A DNA stretch of 50,837 bases, counting the filler, from Catajapyx aquilonaris (taxonomy: Eukaryota), in the NCBI GenBank assembly GCA_000934665.2. It is 3 parts of 3 records of this genome, joined end to end, with 100 filler letters (N's around TTAATTAATTAA, not from the genome) between each part and the next. Parts side by side here need not be neighbours in the genome. Positions count along the whole stretch, not along the records: positions 33,940 to 50,837 come from JYFJ02007081.1; 2 more parts are not named here. The stretch is one strand, 5' to 3'. Of the stretch, positions 34,990 to 48,216 are shown piece by piece. The notes under the pieces were generated by a model. It worked only from the letters and a program-made list of their open reading frames with translations. It did no database searches and was not told where the DNA came from. Position numbers and translations under genes: made by a program. The first letter of the stretch is position 1, and every line of letters begins with the position of its first letter.

Positions 34990-37096
34990 AGTTAAACACA
35001 TGCTATCAAAAACTTTTTTTTCTTCAAGTACCACGTACTTGAACTATACGTACTTACTACTATACACGTACCTACGTACCTACGTACTCGTACCACGTAT
35101 ACTTGAACTGACTATGTAGTGGGGCAAGGATGGAAATATCTGCTGTCTATTTTTGTTTAGCAAATTCATCGATATAAATTCAAATTTTTGTTTGATTAAT
35201 TACGTACATGGCGCCTATATGCAGGGTTCGATCTAAGGAGCATGGCACACACCTCTATAATAGTGGTAACGATGGAATTGCACAAATGCACATTTAACAT
35301 TGCCCAAGAACGATGGAAAGGAAACGATGGAAACAAAAATGGCCATCTAATAATATTTATTTATGCCACAATTTCATCTGATTCCTTTACCCACAAATAC
35401 CAATGACCGCGAGCACCATCACAGCCAATGAAATGCCTTTCGACACTCTACAGTATTTATGAAACTACAACACGTTCCATTGCTCGAAGAGAATCCACAT
35501 AAGTATGCAGCAACAAATCCCAGCTCATTACACCGAGGAAAATATTTCCTGCACACATAAATATAATGACGTGCGATGATCAGATCCCCCTTATGAAAAT
35601 TCCTAGCGAAAACTCAACTCCAAATAGAGAAAGAAGGCATGAAAAATGTGTAAGATTGCAACACCAAAGATTTTATACAACAACCAAACGGACGGTCTTG
35701 TGACATATGTATATACAGTAAACACTTATTGCTCTAGCAGAAAAATTTAATCTGACTACCACCTGGACACCACTGAACAAGACGAATGTCTAATTCGGAG
35801 CTGTCCAAATTCCATCGTGTGTTTTGGACGACCTTCTTTGTGCCTGAGTGAGATAAATTCTGCAAAGCATGATGGCTTCTCTGCTGCGCAAGCCTCTCAA
35901 TGCGGCGTATAACTCCGGAAATGTATGGTACACATATAAGAACGCCCCGCGACTAGGTGGCAACAATCATTGCCAAGGCCAGTTTACACACAGCCGCTAT
36001 ACTAGCAAAACCTGAGCTCAGCCCACCAATCAGCAGTGCCATTTGTCCCCATCAGCAAGTAGGACGCGACACGCCTCGTGTACAGACGACACGTGCACAG
36101 GAGTGGCCAGTAATGGCACGACATCTGGGTAACATGCCTGCCTTCCAAGTCTCCCAGCACAGAACCCGGCTATATACACATACCAATCCTGAGTAAGAGT
36201 CTGCACAGATTACGGGATACTCATTAGAATAAGTATAGCCTACTATACATGGAACCAGTCAAAACGAGGCCTATAACTTGAGAAATGAGGCTCCACAATA
36301 TCCAATCGGTTGGATGCAACAGGGTTCCAGATGAATAAGTGAGAGCGAAAGAGGCCACATTTCAAGCATATACATCCATGCAGCTTTTACTGACCACTGA
36401 GACATCGACCTCCCACAAGAGAAGATGCGGATGTTAAACTCATGACCTCAGAGGACTTATATTACTATTATTTTAAATCCTTCCGAATGATCGTGTTTAT
36501 TTTTTTCTGAATCCATTGTCAATATTTTCATCCCCTGCTACCGAGCTACTATACATTACTTGTACAGTAGCTCTGAACTTACACCAAAAGCCGTAGATCC
36601 TAATAGTAGATTGTAATATTATGCTGATTACAAGATTAGCAGAAGCATGCTAAAATCATTGCTGCACAAAGTAGAGAGTATTCCGGATGGAACAGCTCCA
36701 CTGCTTCAAAATATTTTTTCCTGTATGCTGTCCACCCTTTCATAAAATTAATATAGTCACGAAGAATGACTTGAGAAAAGCAAGATAGAAACAAACGCTT
36801 TCTTTGTAAAACGTCCCTGGATGTCAGCACGAACGAACAACCTTCAATTGTACCCAATAAGAGGTAGTACCAAGCCTCTAACATTCACATTTTTGGCCAA
36901 CAGGGCACAGAAAGGGCAACAGTAACATGCAGAGTCTGCTACAAATAACCGGAAATTATTCCTAGTTGTTGATTCATCCTGTATGTTGTATAATTAATTT
37001 CCAGTCAAACAGGTCGAAATGTCCCTTCAAAGGTCGACAAATTATCCCAACGAAAGAGACCTGCGACTTTGGACCTCGAAGTACGCCTGCACTTCC

Positions 37097-37115
37097 ATCA
37101 TCATCATCATCATCA

Positions 37116-37204
<89 letters not shown>

Positions 37205-37229
37205 TGCAGCAGCAGCAGCAGCAGCAGCA
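37097..37229. repeat. Compound microsatellite (CAT)n(TAT)n(CAG)n
   Basis: Direct reading. Confidence 0.95.
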
Positions 37230-40200
37230 AGCTGTGGCGAATTGTGTTACGTGTTCAGTAGTATTCTCTCTAGACGCCAAGAACGGGCTTCATTTGATTC
37301 ACCCTATAATGTACATTAAATCTCGTCCTCTCTGGTCACCTGATGAGAACGCCTGAGAAGATGAGGCAGACGACTCGACGCCTCCAAAAAATCCTTGAGA
37401 ATGGATGTTGCTGGTTGGTGCAGCCTGGCACATCCAATTCCTCAGTGAGGCATACACCAGCAGGGACCACCAACACAGCCTATCGGACAAAAACGGTGGT
37501 TAAATAATTTAAAAAAGTGACAGGTCACTTGGCATCACTATCTCTGTGCTAAGGCGGCTCACGACGCGACCATGGACTTGCATTTTTATTATGAAGTGTT
37601 ATAATAATATTACAGGAGTGTCCTAAAATTGCATTGTTAAAAATGAAAGACGGCTTAGAATATACCATATCTAAATAAATGAGCATAGGGGGCTCCGATC
37701 GTAATAAGCAATGTCACAGGGGCTGTTCTCAAACGCAATTAGTTACGTATTTAACCATGTAAAATCATAATTGATAATAATTTTGAATGATATAATAATT
37801 ACATTGGAGATCATTTAGCATAATGCAAGTAACTGCTGGATTGGTACTCAGCAGATGCAGTTCACACATACCGTTACATTTGTTGCAAAACAAAATATAG
37901 AGCAGTTCTGTGTTTCCTTATTAACGTGTGTGGTTCATTTGATTGGCACAATAATTAGGGAAATAATAACTTAATAATTATTAATAAATTAATAGCTTAT
38001 ACTAAAGTTGATCGTTGGTGGTTGTGGCTGTTTAACTAATGTCTTTGATCCTTTTTGCGTCCATATCCTGGCATGGCCCGTGTGCCTGCTGTGCCACGAT
38101 TGACACTGGTCATCTCTGGAGACAGTGTGGTCTGATGCTGACGAGGAATTAGAAACCACTGGACCAGGAACGATCCAATACTATACGACCCTTTCCGGAG
38201 AGCAGCACCACACATTCCAAGAAGCGCGATTGTAAGGCGACGTGCGTCTGAGGTATATAAAAGTGAAAATTATTATGGTAGTCTTCATGTGTATATATGT
38301 CTATAACATTCAGAACAGGGAGTGCTGGTCAGCCTCTGACATGATCCAACCTTCCATTCACCTCATTATTTGGATACTTTTCCCAAGATGTTTAGTTAAT
38401 ATCCTAAAGACCAAAACCAACAACATGTTCAAAAGTTGCTCTGATGATGACGACACCGAGAGTCCATCAAAGCAGCTCAATAAGTAACCTTGCGTCCAGC
38501 AGGAAGAGATGGAACATTATTTGCACTTTCCTTGATAATACAGTAGTACTGTTTATGTCGTATAGGACCAAAAAAAGGAGTCATCACTGATGGATGAGAA
38601 GACGCCCAAATTGCTCGGAGAGTATAGGCTGGAGGAGAGGGACTGTGATGCCTTCATTACAACAGGAGAAAAACCTGACCAAAAAAGGAATGAATTCAGG
38701 AGCTTGACACCGAACTTGAGGCTGCGCTAGTTCTTTTCCTCACTGGCACATCCTCCTTTCACATTGGAACTTTCTACGACTACTACTGCATCCTTTGGCA
38801 AATTCTGCACCAAGGAACTACACACGACGCGAAGAGTTCTCATTGCCGCCAAAAAAGGGAAAGAAATATGGCAGGATATGAATTGAAATCACTGAGAAAC
38901 ACAGCATTATCTGCCTCCACAATCAGGGAGGCTGGAGCGAGACAGTTGGACTTGTTACCCATAGTCTGCATAAAAATTATGCATAGGCTATTTAATCAAC
39001 ATAATATTGTTCAGTGCAATGGCTATCCTGAAAGACCCATCAGGTTCTAAAGATGTTATGTAATAGCTTAAAGAGACACCCAGCTGTCTAATTAACTTAT
39101 AGATAATATCAATACTAATATAAGATAATACCAATACTAAATATACTGACGGGACCTTTTCAACAAAATTATTTCAAATTTTTTTATATTGCCAAATCAT
39201 CCCAAAGTGGGGCATTCGTCATTCACACGTAACGTATCAAACTGGACCGGGTCTGGACCCAGTCCACTTTAGTACCACACATATACCTGTGGCTGCAAGG
39301 TCCAGGAACCAACCCAGCTTGTTTCTGCTCAAATACACGTTCGGACTTTCTTCTTGAGCTCTGTGATTATTATACGCGTGTGGACAGTTCGAATTCTCAA
39401 CAGCAACTGGTCAGCATGGTAACAACCATTCTATTGTTGTTGACAACACTGTGCTGGAGTCCCCCGGGCTCCGTCACCCCTGGCAACAACAACAGAAAGA
39501 AAAAAATAATAAAGTTTCTCTTGTTGGCAACACTTTCCGCGTCTCCCTGGCAACAACCGCGCGTTCCAAACAACATCCTTCTGTTCTTTATTTTTTTTTT
39601 CTTCTGTTTATTGTTTATTGTTCGGTCGGCATGGAATCGCCATGTTGCCAACAGAACACAACAATGACCGCGGTTGCCATGGGAGTTGTATTCCAGTTGT
39701 TTGTGTCTACGTTCCATTTTTTCAGATAAACAGTGGATGCGCAGGAAGACGGACGTCTCTTTCTTCAGGTCTGCCTGCCTGATCCATGTCAACTGGATTT
39801 TCGAAAGGGGACATTGTGACTCCTTTGTTGTAATGTGTCACCAAAGAGGTCCGGGTAAGAAGCCAGTGTTAATTATCTCGGGGATGTGTGCGGTTTGGTC
39901 CGTCTTGTATAACTGGACCCTGGAGGTCACACAGTTTGACATGTACAGTATACGCAAGGAAAAGAGTGGTCATCGTGGTGCGACCTGCAAGCTTAGCACC
40001 TTTGATGTTGATGACCTGTGTTCGAACCGTGCTTATAAAGTGTTCACACGGTCGTTGTTGTCCTTGGGTCGTTGCGGTAGGATATCGTCACACTCTGATG
40101 AGCTTGCCTTTATTCTCGTAAAAAATAATTTGCTGGATGAGAAACAGTTGAGCGATAGACGCAGTGTGTCAGGTCGTCAGGGGTGACCAAAGCATAAACA

Positions 40201-42149
40201 ATTAAGGGCTCGAATCAACAATAAGGTGTCAACAGTCGATGACGCTATTAGGTTCTCAGGAGATTATCAGGCGGAATTTTAAGCAATAATACTGTGCTTC
40301 GTGCGAAATGCATGGTATGTTTTTCTTACTGTACAGCAGTATATGCAGTGTACGTATTAAGTGTGGGGTTTTGCATGTTGATTGTCGCATCCAGAAAAAA
40401 AAGTGACGACTTCTTCGCCATTATGGGGGATCCCTGTCAGTTCTTTGTTGGTTCGGTACGTATGTCGATGACAGTCAGTCATCCAAGTTCCGCTCGCTGT
40501 CTTCTCATACTGGTTGGGTATGTATAGAGTTGGTACAGTTTGCACTTGAGCTGACTCTAAAAATAATGTGACTGAGGCAGCTTAATCTATATTTAAAGAT
40601 AAGTCTACGTGTGTTGGCATGCAAACTCTATAAAATACGACTGCGACCAATAATACATTATTTCATATCGTGCATGTTAAGCGCCAGCCTGTGTAATTGA
40701 CGTCAATATTGATCGTGATCTTGGCCTGAACCCATCAGCACAACATGTTTTAGACGTATCTATACTGCTGGTATAGACCTGGATTGCGTCGTGAAATTGA
40801 TTATGTTGTCCCTGGAAGGGATCTCAATTAATCTGAACAAGTAGCATCTCTTATTGGGTTTTTGGACATCAAGAGTCACTCTGCAAGCCATCACTTTTCT
40901 TCCCCGTTTCTGCTCCGACTTTCTTGTCCTCCTGTACTTTTGCGACCACCCCAGCAGTGGCTTCGAAAGAATGCTTGCTGTATACAGTGTGAGTGCAACT
41001 GCCTGATGAAACTCATACGCAAAAGGTTGTGTTAAAAGGTTATAGCTGTTCTTTCTTCATCAGACGTCACCTCTGCATGTAGTTAGTCAATATGTCTGGA
41101 CCAGATTCTTTCCGAATCAATTCGCTTCTCGGACTCGTCTCCTGTTGGAATGCGTGTCCATCAGATGGTTCTATACGTATAGGCTATTGTTCTTCGTACG
41201 TTCACTTTTCTCTCCCCGTCCATAATATTCTTACATCCATTTTGTACCCAGAACATAAGTGGAGCATCCTAGAATATCGTCAGAAGTGAAAATGTTTTCA
41301 GAGGTGTGTAGTATAATTATGTTCTGCTTGTAGCAGTCCGCCTTCTCCTGGATCTTGTGGATAAGGCGTATGGTTGAGGAGCATAAAATAATAACCTGCA
41401 AATTTTTAAAAAATGCATGTGGTTAATCATTATGTCATCATTAAAAAGGTTTCCATGGAGTGTATATATCGTCTGATGGAATATGGGAAATTCGCATGTC
41501 CCTCATATATTTTTCACACCCGTGCACTACTTTAATATTTTAAGGGCAACGATGTCGCTGTCCTTCTATTATTGATATGAGCATCCAACTAACTTGTAAG
41601 TAGCTACAGTATTAGCTCTCAGATAACATTTTTGTTAAGTGTATAGTCTGCACATGTGACGCTTTTACAGGACGATCAACCAATATTATAATCTACTGTG
41701 CTAATGGCCCGCTGGATCCACTTATATGGAATAAATGTAATTTTCAAATTATTGTTAATTCATATATCTTATTAACAGTCGGAGAATTATGTTCACTAAT
41801 TTGCGTTCATACAACTGGCCCTATAATGGGAGTTTGCGTAACCATATCGCCCCAACTAATATCAATAGCGCAAGTCGCCTTGCGTGAATAAGAGGTTGCT
41901 GACAAGGTTGCTGATCTGTTCCTGGTCTCAACAATGGAAAATGCCACTTGAAACAATAATTGTTGTAACACCCTGCATCCCGTGAAGCTATATCGTCATT
42001 TAGTGAGAGTAATTTAGTGAGAGTAATAGACTGTGCCTATACCAACTTAAGTGAGACTGTACCTAGCAGCTAATTAATAAAAAGAGCGGTTGTTGTGATG
42101 GTGGTGGACGTGGTGTATAGTGATGATAATAGCAATGAAAATAACAAGT

Positions 42150-42188
42150 TTAATTAATTAATTAATTAATTAATTAATAATAATAATA

Positions 42189-42268
<80 letters not shown>

Positions 42269-42272
42269 AATA
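42150..42272. repeat. Compound microsatellite (TTAA)n(TAA)n(TGA)n
   Basis: Direct reading. Confidence 0.95.
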
Positions 42273-45200
42273 GCAACGGTCATGGTGCAATACGTGTAGG
42301 CCTATATCATAATTATACAGTATATCTTAGCATATCTTTTGTTATAATATATGTTAATATGTTATAACTACAGATGAATGACGATTCACTTGTGATGCAC
42401 CAAGTGGCTTTATTTCCTTGTGTCTTCTACACATGCAGGGGCCCGCAGTCGTATCGTCTTGTTGGTGCGTCTCTTTCGTCATTCTCTTCCACGGAGAATC
42501 TTGAGATTCTGAATGTGTTGCTGGAGCCAAAGGTGCAACAAACCTCGCCGTTTGGCAGAAGTGTCGAGATTCGGCAGATTGTTATAGTTGGGATCGGATC
42601 TTATCATTCAGTAGGTCTTCCAAGAGCTTCATTTTCATATAAAACAAAGTATTCACTATAGTATCAAGACCGCCTCAATTCCACGGATTTTAAATATTAT
42701 TATTCGTGTCCATATATACCCAGCATGTCGTTCATGTAAATAATTATTAGACGTCCTGCTTCTGCAATGAATGAGTGCCAGTCCTGTGAACTCCTGACCG
42801 CGGGAACAGATGGTGGAAAACAAGTTTAAAAAATATTTGTACTAACATGTGGCAAAATGAGCTGTCCCATTTACATCGGCGGACCTTTCATAATATATTA
42901 TACTTGTAAATAGAGGTAGTATACTTACTCGTATTATCGGCCATGCATGAACCATCAGCAGGCAGGTAAGGTACGCGTATGGAGCACTATTCGTCCAAAC
43001 ACCTCTCCTTGCTTGCGGTCATCAGGAGACCAACCAACAATGTGTCTGCTGCTTATAATATTATTGCAGTAGATTCAGCCAAAATCGGCAGTTAATTACG
43101 TTGTCGCCCGATATTCTATTTAGAACTGCCGTCGAAATAAAAGAGAGTGATCGGCACTCTTGTTTGGCAGTATACTACAGATATAATACATATACAGTGT
43201 CTATAATCTCTATAGAAGTCTAGATCATGGAAACATATAGTGGGCCGGAAGTAAATAAATAAATAAAGTAATTAACAACAACACCAACTCTTTTTTCAGG
43301 CAAGAGTAAAGTTCACACCAAGTTATAACAAGCTCCAAAAATTCATTTTGGAAAAAGGGGCTGTGTGAACAGGCCATCTAATGCATCACCGCTTATGCGA
43401 AGCAGGGTGTAAAATATTATGATAATAATGATCAGCACTGCAAAGAGGCACAAGTATAGTCGTTGACATGGACCACTGTGTGTTGACCTGCTGCCCCTAT
43501 TGGCTGATTGTTGATTGTTGGTTTGAACCTGTGTTCCATTTTGGGGCGCCAGATCAACAATAATGGCCATGACGGAGGAAGACAGGCGTCTGATGTTATT
43601 CCTTATTACCTTGGCCGCAGCTAGATGGGGAATCCTCTTGAAAGCGGACATCGTCACTCCTTATCGTTGTGTGTCACTGAGCTGTGTGTCATCGAGTATA
43701 AGAAGCCAGGATCTGTTATATATAGTTTAGGTTATACCTTTGATCGGCGTCAGTTTTATTATATAGAAACGGGGATCTTTGTTGGATGAAATATGTATAT
43801 AGTCGGGTAAAGGCTCTTTCGCAGAGTTGCCTCTTCAGTAACTTGTGTCAGGCGATTCCGATGTTCCCAGTTATCATAACATTTAGAGGTATATTATGGT
43901 GTATAGGCCGATGAGTTCATAGATAATAATCCTTTCATGATCTAGACTTTAGAGAAAAACAAACTCGGTTTCCATCGTCGTGGGTATATTATCCAGGCAT
44001 GACATAATTTATTATGATGCTATAGATTCTCACTTCCTTGTTTCGTTGTCAATCGCTAGATTTTGACCCATTGTTCCATCAGTATTCGCAGATGTGTATG
44101 TTGCATGTTTTCAACATTTTGAATTATAGCTACTGATAAAGTGTGGAAATGCGCGAGTTGTCTGGTTCCCTGTAAATAGACCCCCATCTTCCTGGAGGTG
44201 ATCGGAGTGTATGACGTATTATTATCATTGAGGTTTGCGGGAGGCCTCCGGAAGTATTTCTTCATCAGGCTGAAGGACATAATGGGTTCCGTTTTATTCA
44301 GGTTTGCCTTGGCTTATTTCCACTTCAACACACAAACAAAGTATAACATCTCGCTGTAACAGGGGAGGACGAAGGAATCAGGGTTGCCATCGGAATGGCC
44401 TATATTTTGAAAAGTATGAAATATTTCACAAAGAAAGTGCTTCTTCACGACCCTTGCTGTGGTGTTGTGCCGGTGTTGATCAAGTTACATTTGCTGCCTG
44501 CAATGCGACTTATTACACTATGTTATTATTCGACTAATCTTGCACAATATATACTGTACGTATACTGCGGCATAAATTATAATGAGAGTAGTTATCGTGT
44601 TTGCCAAGACTATTACTGCATCTGATGGTGGGGCTTTGGATTGTTGACGTCATTTTGTGATTGTGACATTAGTGTTGATCTCTCAGAAAACATGGTTGTG
44701 CTTCTCCTGACAATGCTGATGTATACACTCCAAGAGGCTATCACACCAGATCCAAGTATACTCTTCATTGCCGCATCAGCCACTGATAAGGCGTCTTCTT
44801 CTCTTGGAAGCCCAGCACTTTCATGGTCCTTTGACAATTTACATGTACGACGCTGGTGGTGGTGTGAAAGAGTACAACACGGCTTCCGAGTCGAAGACAC
44901 CGTCAAATCTGCAGTCAAACATATCTGAACCAAAATAATAATAATAATAATGTCCGGCATAATAATTGAGCTGTTGACTTCGATCCGGAATGATAATGTC
45001 ACATTTTGCTATCCAATAAAAGTGCTGCAGAAAATAATTATCAAGAGTCAAACGACCCATGTATCACTGGTGGTTGAAGAGTGAAATACACAGGATCCAT
45101 GGGGCCTCTATTCGGTTTTGCATAATATCTCCCTCTTGTTCTTCTTACATTACATCACAATCAATTCGTCTCATTTCATTTTCGGCGATTTCTTCCCAAT

Positions 45201-45959
45201 CCCACCCTTTTAAACGGGAACCCCTCTGATAAATAATGCTTAATAAACCACTTTTCGTGTATGGCCATGACGCCCTGCGGAATCAAATAGGGATGATACG
45301 AGTTTGGTTGATTCTGGCTTATAAAGTAGCCTATACACTATGTATGTGAGAATGACCAGATGTTAGTGTTCAGGAACGTCCCTGAAGAATGAAACCTCCC
45401 CTTTACTGTGCAATTTTTGATATATCGAGAGTCTAGCAGCTGATCGGAACAGCCAATCAGTGATCAGCTTCAGCTTCATGTGCGCCAGTATTCGCATTGC
45501 CGCAGTCCCACTGCCTATTTGAGACTATATAATAATAATAGTTCCACATATAATTGCACGATAATTATATTATGTTACGCCATGCTTCGACATTAGAGGT
45601 CCAGACTCCCTCCAGACGTTGTCCCAATAAGGTGCTTTTGACTTGGTCGAAATGGGAATTAACTTACTTGCTTATTGGCATGTGGTATAGGGGACTCAGT
45701 GCACATTTTCGTACGTAGCCTATATACCGCATGTGACAGAATTGAGCTGTCACATTTATATCGTAGGATCTTTCAGCCATAATAATAGTACATTTGGTAT
45801 GTCTGCAACTTCACCTTTTAGAGGTCACGGGTCGTCTTGTATACACCACGGCAACTTTGTTGGAGTTTTAGCTGGGAGATGGCTTCAAAATAAAGCTGTT
45901 ACTTTACTGTTACTCGGTGGTGACCACAGCACATATTACGCTAAGACGCACTAAAAGGC

Positions 45960-46780
45960 CGTTCGAATGCAATGTAACAATAATCAACATGGCTTCGACG
46001 ACATCGGCGACGTCACTTACCCAGTATAGGTGGCCTGGAGGAATAAACACTGCTTCTGTGTCTTCTTGTACAAGCTTGTGGCTGTCTATAATAGTTTGGA
46101 CTCTTGTCGTTAGGGATCAAGACAGGCAATGTCAACGGATGTTAAAGGTCCTCTGGGTTGAGCCCCGATGCAAGGAAGGTTCCTCCCAGCAAGTTGCTAT
46201 TAAAGCATGTCTTCGAAAATAATGTAATGTTTATCCGAAATACAGGTTGGAGGCTTGCTTGTTCCAGGCGTGTTCGGTTCTTCACACTGCTGGCTGGCTG
46301 GATCTCATGTCGTGTCACAGGCTTGTTTATTTTCCTCGAGCTGCAGCAGCATAATCTATTGTGTCTTGAATAAACTTCTGGTTATAAAATATCCAGGCAA
46401 TCCGTGCCTGCAAGAGACCTTTTTCATTTCAAAATAGTACAAGTGCTATACACAGTGAACCAGTTTTATTTAAACTGCAATCTATAATTAGGGGCATGAT
46501 GTAAACTCCTGATAATAATTATAATGGGTGGGCGTGTCGCAGTTTGTATCCACCACATTGTCCACATATGAGATGGTGTTAATATGCTCTCTTTGATTCA
46601 TCAATATAGTAACAGTCAGCAAGCGCCTACGTATGTTTGTATTTTGCATGATGGGAACTGAATTGTCGCTCTTTTTAATAAGACGTCCGTAAAGTACAGT
46701 ATGTAATAATAATCCTGACTTCCTTATTCCGTGAACCGAGGTATAAGCCGTGTCTTCGATCAATCCATCCCATCCCATTC
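45960..46780 (-). pseudogene. Possible degenerate JmjC/cupin-domain gene
   Basis: Fragments DTAYTSVHGIRKSGLLLHTVLYG (~46690-46755) and HKLVQEDTEAVFIPPGHLYWV (46018-46080) resemble the first and last JmjC strands; many stops between them. Confidence 0.3.
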
Positions 46781-48104
46781 CTATACAAGCCTATCATACT
46801 GCTGCATGGTGGCGTATAAAACAATAATTAAAATGTAAGAGTCAGTTGAAAAGAAAGTGCTCGTTGTCTTTCATGAACTTCCAATTATTTTTTTCTGGAC
46901 CTGTTTCTGCGGGGTACAATAATTATTATGGCCCAGTCGGTGAACGTCCTACCGTAAAATGGTGTAGTGTTGGCGTATAGTGGTGGCCCAATGCGATGCA
47001 GTGGCCGTCAGAAATTCCAAGTGCCTGCAGCAGGCATCACTTGTGACTTGCGCAATAGCTTTTAGTAGGCCTAATTATACGTTATCGCTCGTACGTACCG
47101 ATATTTAGTAGGCCTATACCGGTATGGATGATGGTTTCCGCTAGAATAAAATGGCTATATACCTTCTTCGTAATGAAGATAATACAGGTGCGTTTTGCGT
47201 CAGTGATGTGTGACAGAATATTTTGGAACCCTGTCCATTGAATAATTCCGTGGTGTTCTTACAGTATAATATTATGACTGTCAGACTTGTGCGTTCTAAC
47301 ACAACCGAATCTAACAGGTGGCCGTTGATATAGATAAGTTTCCGTTTTGTCCTTTGCTGGTTGGATCCGTTGCAGACGACCACCTGGTCTATACCGAGGA
47401 AGTACATGCGTGTAACATTTGCTCATATTTGTGGTACAAAACAGAGGCCATGAGGTTGACAATGACATGAGGTTGACATGAGGCCATGAGGTTGACAACG
47501 TGGAAATAAATAATTGCTCCGGGAGTCGACATGACAAACTTTTGCTCCAATATTATTACGGGAACGAATGATAAGACAGGCGATATCATCCATCGCTCAT
47601 CATCTCCCACACTGACGGATATTGCAGCATATATAGTACAGTGCATACAGTCATGTATAAGTGAATATTATAATGTTTGTAAGAGGCAACCACCGCATAT
47701 TTTCCTGGTTTACGTTACCTCACCAGTATATAGGCCTACTCTTGAGTATAATCAGATTTTGTAACAAGGTCTCCACTTTCCGATGGGTCAGTGGCGGTCA
47801 GTGGGCGCTATACAGTGGGCGTATGCGACGTATGCAGTGGGTCAGTGAGCGTAAACGTACTCATGCTGCTGTATACTGTATACTGTACTGTATACTGCAG
47901 CATACAGTACAGCAGCATGTGTACGTTTACGCAATTTTCACCTTTACCTGTTTCACATACATATCGCCAGCCAGAGATTAGTGGTAAAGGTGTCGTCATA
48001 TACCGAGACGAAAATAAGTACATTGTTGTAATTTATTATACAGTAAGATACACTATATTGCTGAGCTTTCACTTTGCTTCATGCTGTACGTAACTTTCAT
48101 CAAC

Positions 48105-48216
<112 letters not shown>

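Noticed and set aside
37340..40110. Other CTGANGA hits (37340, 38139, 40095)
   Set aside because: No stem II/GAAA/stem III context; expected by chance.
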